The notes under the pieces: generated by a model
Told to the model about the DNA's origin: nothing
The model's input: only the letters and a program-made list of their open reading frames with translations
Database searches by the model: none
Shown: in pieces, positions 35,061 to 64,000 of the stretch
Numbering within the stretch: position 1 is the stretch's first letter
Layout of the letters: every line of letters starts with the position of its first letter
Position numbers and translations under genes: made by a program
DNA from: Macrostomum lignano
Lineage: Eukaryota
NCBI GenBank assembly: GCA_002269645.1
Contig: NIVC01000056.1
Span: forward strand, 682,001 to 746,000
DNA: 64,000 bases
Reading direction: 5' to 3'

Positions 35061-38000
35061 GGGGTGATCGGAGCGAAGCAACTCATTACCACTTCTTACT
35101 GGGGTGTCCACTCATTATTGGGGTTTCCGCTTCTTACTGGGGTGTCCACTCATTATTGGGGTGTCCACTTCTTACTGGGGTGTCCACTCATTATTGGGGT
35201 GTCCACTTCTTATTTGGGTGTCCACTCATTATTGGGGTGTCCGCTTTTTATTTGGGTGTCCACTCATTATTGGGGTGTCCGCTTCTTACTGGGGTGTCCA
35301 CTCATTATTGGGGTTTCCAATTCTTACTGGGGTGTCCACTCATTATTAGGGTGTCCGCTTCTTACTGGGGTGTCCGCTTCTTACTGGGGTGTCCACTTAT
35401 TATTGGGGTTTCCAATTCTTACTGGGGTGTCCACTCATTATTAGGGTGTCCGCTTCTTACTGGGGTGTCCACTCATTATTGGGGTGTCCGCTTCTTATTT
35501 GGGTGTCCACTCATTATTGGGGTGTCCACTTCTTACTGGGGTGTCCACTCATTATTAGGGTGTCCGATTCTTACTGGGGTGTCCACTCATTACTGGGGTG
35601 TCCACTCATTATTGGGGTTTCCGATTCTTACTGGGGTGTCCACTCATTATTAGGGTGTCCGCTTCTTACTGGGGTGTCCACTCATTATTGGGGTGTCCGC
35701 TTCTTACTGGGGTGTCCACTCATAAAGGTATCTTTTCGAAAAAATAACAAATTGCACTTTTAATAAAAATGACTGTCGCCAAAAAATAGTTTGCTAACAT
35801 TTTAGCCGGTTGAAAAGTTAGAAGCAAAAAAATAAACCAAAAAAATCTAGCCATTTTGTGCTTGTTTACTGCGGCTTAAAACTTTTTCGCATTTCTAACT
35901 CACCTCTTCTCTCTTTCCCTCTGCTATGTGTTTTTTCTAATCAAGAGCTAACTCGGCAACTTTAGGATGCATAATTAATGAGAGCGTTGGTTAGTTAATT
36001 ATGCAAGACTTGAGACTAGAGCAGAGACGGCTAGTGTAGAATGCTAGTTAGTTCTGCGCAAACGTTCAGAATGCAACATAATACAACCCGCCAAGCCAAC
36101 TTGCCATCGACACTCACATGTATATATTGCTAAATTGGATTTTATAAACTAACAACTGCTACCTGCACAAATAGGCCAATTCAGATTTGACTGTTTGATT
36201 AACAAGCCAGTCATGATTGCGATAAAAAGCGCAGGCTGTAAGCTAATTTAGTTGCTTTAAATTGGCAATTTTGTTGCTAAGCGCTGCTGTTATAATAACA
36301 CAAAACCTGTTAGATAGAACTTGAGTATAATGTTATGGATGAGCACCAGGAGACAGGGGCGCCCACCAAGAGACAGGGGCGCCCGGGCCGCCCACCAAGA
36401 GACAGGGCCGCCCACCAAGAGACAGGGGCGCCCACCAAGAGACAGGGGCACCCACCAAGAGACAGGGGCGCCCACCAAGAGACAGAGGCACCCACCAAGA
36501 GACAGGGGCGCCCACCAAGAGACAGGGGCGCCCACCAAGAGACAGGGGCACCCACCAAGAGACAGGGGCGCCCACCAAGAGACAGAGGCACCCACCAAGA
36601 GACAGGGGCACCCACCAAGAGACAGGGGCGCCCACCAAGAGACAGAGGCACCCACCAAGAGACAGGGGCGCCCACCAAGAGACAGAGGCACCCACCAAGA
36701 GACAGGGGCACCCACCAAGAGACAGGGGCGCCCACCAAGAGACAGAGGCACCCACCAAGTGACAGAGGCACCCACCAAGAGACAGGGGCGCCCACCAAGA
36801 GACAGGGGCGCCCACCAAGAGACAGAGGCACCCACCAAGAGACAGGGGCGCCAACCAAAAGACAGGGGGCGTCCAGCAAATATTGGCGCCCCTGAGGGTT
36901 GCAGCCCCTTCAATTAAAGCACGCTGCAACTCATGCATCGGGAATCAGACAGATGAAGTCATTCTCCTGAGCATTGAAGGCCCTTGAAGAGACGCCAAAA
37001 AGCATTTTAGCTTCAATAGTTAGATCATTGTAGGCGTTTTTACTTTTCCAATATTATATACCCGTAGGAAAACTCGGCAGCTTAGGCAACTGAGTATGAA
37101 ACTGCCATTGCACTCAATAAGTACTCAAGAGAGTCGAGAGGCCCAAGGCTATACGGGTTTAGTTTCGCAGATCAAATATCAAGTTTGGTCAAGAATTGGC
37201 AAAAAGAGCACACAGGTACGAGTATCCATAGTCGCGTCTCGGATCTGTCTTGCCTTCTATCCAACTTCGATTTTTTAGCCGAGGAAGAAAGCCTAAACTG
37301 CTCAATTTTGCCTTAGGTATATGTAATATGCATGGTGAATATGCTCACAAGGTGTTTGCCACGACTCATAGTGTTCAAATTTAGCGGCCAGCGAAAAAGG
37401 GGGTTCCTTGACTAGGGATCTTTTGCTAAACTAGGCATTGGCAAATATTGGTTCTCCATTATGAAATTTTAACTTATTATTTCTTGCACAGGACAAGTGC
37501 AACTGTACTTAGAAAAAAAATTACCAGAGATTCTGAATTTTCTGAACAAAAAGCTTTATGAATATCAATAGAGCTATATGAAAGGTGAAAATTCTCAAAA
37601 GAGGAACATTGGGTCTGCCTCCTGTCAAAAGCGATAACCATTTTTGTGCGAGTGTGTGCCTGTGCGTATATGACTTTGTACGTATCCGCGCGCTTGTGTG
37701 CCTGCTCAGGGGAGTCGGCGGCAGTAATGCCTCTCGCCTCTAGTACATCATAAGAGCTCCCCGCCTGCTAAGTTCACCGCGTTCCAGGAACTAAAGACTG
37801 TCGCTGAGTGTCTATGGTAACTGACAGAATTCTGGCTATTTGTTGAAGACTGAGACGAACTTTAATATGTCTATGGCCATAATCTTCAATCAGAGGCTTG
37901 ATCAATTTTATTTAACCATAGAATAGGAAATTGGTTAGCTTAAAAATCATTGAACTTTTTGCTTCGATCGCAGCTATCAGATGCAATCAACTGTGTGCAG

Positions 38001-39716
38001 TCAGGCGCATAAAATTAAATTTTGAGCTCAGCCAGCAGCCCAGCACACAGACGCAAAGAGCGTGCTTCCGAAGTCAAACAGGCGGCTCATCGATCTGCTC
38101 TAAAAAATGCACCCCTATTCAAGATTATGGATTTTCCGACCAGAATAAGAGAGAAGCTTCAAAGATTAGTTGCGTTAAAGCACAAAAAGCGTTCTGGATT
38201 ATCGGATTAGCTATTGAGTAAAAAGCTTTAGCAGGTTTTAAAAGCGGATAAATGAAACGATATTGATTTTACCGTCAGTTGCGGATTACCTCTACAGCTA
38301 GCGGATTGGCGATGACTTCCTGACCTACTGGCATAACATTCTCATCTTCATCTTCTTGAGCTCGATCAGTAAATTCAGTCGATGGCTTAACGACGCTTTC
38401 GGCATTAGTCACCGAGCTCTCGGCGGTCTGGTCCTTCCGTGCCATTGTAGGTTTAGTGTGTGTATTTTGGGGGGCTTGCTGATGGCCAAATGTTATTGTT
38501 CACTTTACATAAATCTTGTCTGTGCCTGCTGATAGCTTGGCCACAATCTTATCTTATCAAATTAATACTTTCCATGAAATATCGATATGTAGCTAAATGA
38601 TTTCTAACATGGCATATTATGTAAGGATTGTGTCTAACATTTGAAGCCATGTAACAAATACACCAATCACATTTATGCATGGTTTATAAACAATAAAATT
38701 TGAGCATTACATTATAACAAAACTTCTTACCACCGATTCAATTGGTTTCTCTTGTTTCTCGTCAACGCCAGCAGCAGTGGCAGATGGCTGACTGTCTGGC
38801 GTAGTGAAAGAAACTACTTCGGGCATGCTAGAATTGATGGAGACGCCATTCTCCCTGCAGTGCTTGTAGGCTTCATAGTCCACAACTAGCATTGTGACTG
38901 AGTTGGGCATTTCCTTGACTATTTCCACTACCTTTTGGTGGGAGAGATCCTCTGAAATTAGAATGCATGTGATGAGTTCTTGATGGAACTGTAGAAAAAC
39001 AGTTTTTATTGTAGTATTTTATAATTTATAAATATCTGTAAAGTGTTATATATTTTTCACAATTAAAATTTTAGCACTTTAAATACAATATAAAATATAA
39101 CAAAACTCTTAATAGCATTCAGAAACGCATAGTAATTTTAAGTTAAGTAAAATATAATTATAGTTCTTATTTAGAAAATAATTTAGTTAAAAAAACATCT
39201 ACACAGCTAGATGCATTTTAAAGTAGTTTATGCAAAGCAACTCATAAAAGTAAATAATATTTAAATTATGTTTTAATAAAAAGGAAACAAGCCAAGCAAA
39301 GCCCTTTGAAATAATTTAGTTTACTCCTTCAACTATTTGCAGTACATAATAATAAAACTAGCTATTTACCACAAATATCACTAACAATTGCCTTTACAAA
39401 TATGAAAATGATCCAACTAATTACTAATAGTAATACCCATTTGAAAAAAAATAAGTCAAGTAAATTTGCTAAATAATTTTTCTAATGATTTAGACCAATT
39501 TTAGTACTTACCAACGTTGACACTGTTTACTTCAACCAGATAGTCCTTTGTTTTCAGACCGCCATGTTCAGCAGGAGAGTCTGGATCAACTTTCCCAATA
39601 TACTGGCCAGCTTTGCCTTTTTCAGCGTGCAGGTTGAATCCATAACCGGCGAATGTTGTCCACTTTTTTAGGTGACATAGACGAGGCGGTGATAGAAAAG
39701 CAGGGTATGAAGACAT
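34763..39716 (-). CDS. NHERF1: NHERF/EBP50-family PDZ scaffold (one PDZ seen)
   Basis: Exons 39716-39512 ([40 protein letters not shown]), 38951-38731 ([13 protein letters not shown]...MLVVD), possible exon ~38490-38295, last exon ~35058-34763 ending [11 protein letters not shown]...[11 protein letters not shown], like the NHERF ERM-binding tail. Confidence 0.8.
35085..35725. repeat. 19-bp minisatellite (GGGGTGTCCACTCATTATT / GGGGTGTCCGCTTCTTACT)
   Basis: Direct reading; two alternating unit types. Confidence 0.92.
36340..36870. repeat. 20-bp minisatellite (GACAGGGGCGCCCACCAAGA)n
   Basis: Direct reading; same family at 63710-64000. Confidence 0.95.
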
Positions 39717-41172
39717 GATAATAAAAATAAATAATTTCTGTTAATCTGTTAGCGTGGTAATAAAGTATTGCACCTTGAAAACTTCGGCCGGGAGTAAGAA
39801 GACGTCATGTACTCATGTTAAATCTCACCGGAGACGCCTTTAGAAAAATTTAAAATGCAAATAGTGGTCAATTTTTTTAGTCTGTATATTGTTGAGTAAT
39901 TATAAAATAACAGTCAAAAAGCGAGGTACGCGGATCCTGTAGAGTTTAAAAACAAAATTTGTTAATACGAGCCGTATTTTTAAAAACAAAAGCCGTAATT
40001 TACAGTCACAAAATATTTTTCCTTTGGATGAAATTATCTATTACTGATATAGAATTTTGCTGCTTTACAACTAAATGCAATTTGAATTTTGCTCACCGAG
40101 ATTGTGTATGCATACATGCAGTTCAAATATTGATCTGAGTGCAAGGACGACTTGTGCTGCATTGGAGTCGATTGCAATGGTATTAACTCGATATTTTTGT
40201 GGGCCTACATGTACTTTCGATGAAAAATACAATATAGAGATAGACATTTTTAGTCATTTTGGACTGAAAATGAATTCTGAAATTCTGAATACTTGCAGCC
40301 AATGATCTGGCAAAAATGCAAGAGTTAGATGACTGCGTACCATTTTTTTATTACATAAGTACGGGCGCGATCTAAATGTAAACGTGTACTTCAGAAGTAC
40401 ATGTATAAAAAGTTTTATTTCCAAGTGCAATGTGCATGACCATTTAATTTCAAGAAAAAGTCACTGTTACAAACGTCTTACATGTATAAGAAGGGATAAC
40501 AGTTTAAAAATAGTTCTAAAAGCTTATGATCATGCAGTCACGTATATGTTTTTGACTAAAGTCGCGTGTATCCATGCATGTACATGTAACCCGGACTGCA
40601 TGAAAACACCTGTGCAAACCCCTGGTCTCTGGCCCTGAAAAGTACAGCCACCGGGTCCTGTCCCATAGATTTCCTCCGCCTCTGTGCGGTAGCTGACGTT
40701 GTGTCCAAGATCCCATTATCTAGACAGCGAGCCGAGCTACATACATGTAGTTGTTTGAAAGTACACGCCCGGCTAGAAGCGCGGTCGCCACTGCATGCTG
40801 TCACCTGTGCAGGAGTACTCCCACTAACGAGACGGGACTTCCGGTCTGTAAAAGACGAAGGTTCTTGACTCCAACTGTACCAGAAATGGCCGATTAAGAG
40901 ACTCTATGCGAGACATACAATTAGGACAGTCTAGTCAGCGCTAGAAACTAGAGGACTTTTGCATACATGGGCTTCTTTTAGCTGGTGAGCGCGGTTCCAG
41001 ACTAAAATTTCCTCTTAAGCCCCAGGATTCGAATGGTGGATAATAGATAAAGAGAACGCCATATTAATGTTTTTTCAGAGCACGGAATTGGTTAAACGCG
41101 GAAACGTGGAAAGGGGGAGGGCAACGCGGAAACAGAAAGTTGAGCGGGGTGCCGCTCAGGGCCTAAAACAGT

Positions 41173-41309
41173 CTTTTATTTATAGCCCTGTGATCACGTG
41201 TCATGCTATCATGTGAGCGTGAAACGTGATATTGAAGGCCGTGACTTGTTCTTGACCTCCGTTACCAAGCAAACCTGACGACGTCAACCGTCAGCCACGC
41301 TGTGATTGG
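41173..41309 (-). promoter_or_regulatory. Putative Pol II core promoter (CCAAT, CRE half-site, E-box, TATA)
   Basis: On the minus strand in order: CCAAT (41309-41305), TGACGT (~41286), CACGTG (41200-41195), TATAAATAAAAG (41184-41173); points toward the NHERF-like ATG 1.5 kb downstream. Confidence 0.5.
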
Positions 41310-41439
41310 ACGAGAAATTCGGGTGAGGCGCAGTGGAGAAAAATGATTTATGATGGGGGATTACGTAACAGGCAGGGGAAAGCTTGGGGAGATAAGCTAG
41401 GGGGCCATAAAACTGTCACACGCATGAACACACGCTGCT

Positions 41440-41700
41440 GCCCAGTGCGCTTTCACATGGCTCTGCGACGCCTGTGTTAGGCTGCTGGTGAATGCTCGCA
41501 AGACGGAGGCGCTGATACCGTGGGCATGAATGCCGCCCCAACTCTCACACTGCCCAATGGAGACCGCATCGCGCTGTTTGAGGACTTCCGGTACCTCGGC
41601 ACCCTGGTGATGAACCCCGATGCGATCGTCTCTGGCCCTGGCCATGCTGCACCAGCCGACCGAGCAATTGCGTCGCGGCCATGCAGGCCCGCACAGCAAC
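41440..41700 (+). mobile_element. Degenerate non-LTR retrotransposon RT fragment
   Basis: LTLPNGDRIALFEDFRYLGT resembles the C-terminal F(K/R)YLG motif of LINE RTs. Confidence 0.4.
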
Positions 41701-42313
41701 TCTAACGGACTGCCTCATCACTGACTTGCACCAAGGAGGGCTGGGTGCGCAGGGGAGTGAGATGGGCGATAAGCATGAGTCATCACAGGAATCACAGAGA
41801 CGCAGGTATCGCAGGGAAAGAAGGGAGGGTGCGCAAAAATTAGTGGGGGCCCAGGACGCGCCTACATCAATGACAAAGTAAAGAATGCTAAAAGCTATAT
41901 AACTGATTATTATTGAAACATTGATAAACTGTTATCAAATAATGTGCTTAAACTGTGGGTATTACACCCAATTCAATTGTCTTTGTTATAATTAACTTAA
42001 GTCAATCAATCAATCAATTTAAGTAACATTTCGTAAACGTGCAGAGAATTTAGTACACAACTTATGGTTGCGATGATTAACAACGGATAGATTTTTTTAC
42101 ACGAAACTGACTAAAAAAGATTCAAGCGAGAAATAATTCAAGAATTTTAGTCAGTAGCTACTACTGCAGAAGTGTAACATCTACGTGTAGAAGAAAAGAG
42201 AAAGATTAAGTTTATAATACCTTGTGTACTTGTACGTGGTAAACATGAATAAAAATGTTGTATACCACACAATAATTATAATAATAATAATAATAATAAT
42301 AGTGTAATAATAA

Positions 42314-42480
42314 CTACGCAGGCGTGCAATCATGCACACGCTCACACAGGGTGTACAGCTGCCGCGACTTTCTAATCGTCATGTGCACCCTCTGTGCCTT
42401 GGGGGTTGACCCTAATAGGTGTGGATCCCACGACAACCCCCCAAGCGTAAGCGCTGCTCCGCTGCTCCAGTCACACACAT
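42314..42480 (-). mobile_element. SINE-like family C copy with (ATT)n tail
   Basis: Shares CCCCCAAGGCACAG...GCTGTACACCCTGTGTGAGCG core; ends in an ATT repeat. Confidence 0.6.
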
Positions 42481-42563
42481 AAAATACCTGGCTATGCATG
42501 CAAAGCCAGTCAAATTTCGTAAAGGATTTTTATAACAACAGATCAGTAAAAACAAAAAATGTT

Positions 42564-60567
<18,004 letters not shown>

Positions 60568-61611
60568 TTACAACTGCTGAGGCTTGAACTCGATTTTCCA
60601 GTTAAATAAGCTAACTCCTAGGAAGCTAGAGAAATCCCCCAGAAAATGAAAAACATTTTCTCCTATAAAGCTATGGAGGGGAGCATTTTACAGGCTCAGG
60701 TATCCCTCAGTCGGTCAATTTTCATTGGAGGCCTTCCTGACTCGTGTCCAACCCGGGCCAACCAGAAGCCGCTATGGAGGCTGGCAATACAGGGGAGCAA
60801 TGTCCTCTCCCGAAATGTGGAGAGGACAGTTGCCGTAAGACCTAAAGCAGGGGAGCTCTAAAATTAGAAGTCTGGAACAGCTAGTCGAAATCTATATTTT
60901 CACTTTTCCTCATTTTGTTTCGTTTTTCAAATTTCCCAAGTTTTTTTTTACTTCCCAAATGCACGACACTAAAATGGTAAAATGGTTTGCCATGGTTTCC
61001 AATCCAGATACTTTGTCTTGTTTCATGGACCCTGTATGTCGTCCATTATGGGTTTCAGGCGATTCATAGCCGTGACGTCCAGCCCCCAAGGCACGGATCG
61101 AGTGTACATAGCCTGACTATATAATTAGAAAAGGATTCCATTCTTTTTCTGTTTTCATATTTCTACCAGAGATCAGATCATGTTAGAGTTGACAATTTAT
61201 ATAGATTAGAATTTTTCTCTGCAAATGTACTTCTCTAGAGCCAGCTTCTGTTGCTGCTGGTGCTGCTGACTCTCCACCCCCGTCATTGTGAGCACTGAAT
61301 CTGCTGTACAGGTGGGTGGAGTCTTCTTCTGTTCCAAACCGTTGCTTTCCTCTGCACCTGAACTCAATAGGTAAAAAGAATGCTCTGTGTGTGTGTTGAA
61401 GCTTTGTTTAAAAAGAAAGGAAAGGTACTTCGGTAAATTCTACCTTTTGTTGTCTGTACTGCTTCTGCTTCTGGGGGTAAGCTGGAGGCAGAAGAGGTGA
61501 AACACGAAACTATGAATTCTGTTTTCTCTTCTTTCGCTGGCTCGAACAACCTGCTCACAAAATTCAATCCAGTGATTGTTTTAAAAATAGTTCAGTTTTA
61601 CAGGAGAGACC

Positions 61612-63220
<1,609 letters not shown>

Positions 63221-63709
63221 GGTGGACCGGTAGTGAACGAAAGACTGAAATGGGCTCTGTAAGGCAAGGCCAGTTACGCACAAATTTGGACTTTATCAGT
63301 CACCAACAGCAGCTGTTTAAAAAGAGCTCAGCAGAGGTTTCAGCTCACTTGCAGCGCTTTCCAGGTGCTTCAATGTAAAATTGATTGTCTTTAAATTCAA
63401 TAGATTTTGGCTAGAGGTCTTTTTAATGCGTCTAGAAAAGTCGCCATTGACTGTGGGGTTTCAATTCATGATATTCACTTTAGTTAATTTGGATAATAAG
63501 ATATTGGAATATCCTCGCAGTGCTGCCAGTCTACATGCATCAGTCCTTCAATAGGAGTGGTGAAGACAGAAGGACAGGTTGTCCTCAGAAAAGAAATACA
63601 CTGTTGATCATAGGTTGACATGATTGATGATGGCGCACGCTGGGGGTGCAAAAAAGCAAGAGGCAGATAAGCTCGAAGAATGACAGAAGCTCCACTTTTG
63701 CCAAGAGAC

Positions 63710-64000
63710 AAGAGACAGGGGCGCCAATCAAGAGACAGGGGCGCCAGCCAAGAGACAGGGGCGCCAGCCAAGAGACAGGGGCGCCAGCCAAGAGACAGGG
63801 GCGCCAGCCAAGAGACAGGGGCGCCAGCCAAGAGACAGGGGCGCCAATTAAGAGGCAGGGGGCGTCATCAAGAGACAGGGGCGCCCACTAAGAGACAGGG
63901 GCGCTCACTAAGAGACAGGGGCGCTCACTAAGAGACAGGGGCGCTCACTAAGAGACAGGGGCGCCCACTAAGAGACAGGGGCGCCCACTAAGAGACAGGG
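63710..64000. repeat. 20-bp minisatellite (AGAGACAGGGGCGCCAGCCA-like), runs off window
   Basis: Direct reading; same family as 36340-36870. Confidence 0.93.

Noticed and set aside
37990-38221. Coding-looking + strand segment in a NHERF intron (ending [17 protein letters not shown])
   Set aside because: No partner exons or homology recognised.

Overview
Eukaryotic (metazoan) genomic DNA, repeat-rich and intron-containing. The composition (GC-rich exons, long GATA/GACA arrays, many minisatellites) suggests a flatworm such as Macrostomum; this is inference only. Contents in order: the 3' end of a Ty3/gypsy LTR retrotransposon (locally duplicated); the first four exons of an SLC12A9-like gene (-); a PLK4-like kinase lacking its N-lobe exons (+); an alpha9/10-like nicotinic ACh receptor subunit (-, no TM4 exon seen); an alpha-type octopamine receptor-like GPCR (+); an orphan single-pass membrane protein (+); a single-PDZ NHERF-like gene (-); and an 18 kb alpha7-like nicotinic receptor subunit gene (-, 42564-60567). 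The main discovery is in this last gene. Three exon positions are each present as two tandem, equal-length, same-phase, sequence-divergent variants: a 45-nt loop D exon, a 195-nt loop C/TM1 exon and an 87-nt TM2 exon. This is a mutually exclusive splicing architecture with up to 8 isoforms. An intronic element between the two 195-nt exons is complementary to a site upstream of each TM2 exon (17 nt perfect, and a degenerate version), a docking-site/selector RNA-pairing layout that would couple the two cassettes. Several exact local duplications with indels in the first 16 kb look like long-read assembly artefacts. Most long ORFs in the supplied track are translations of simple repeats.
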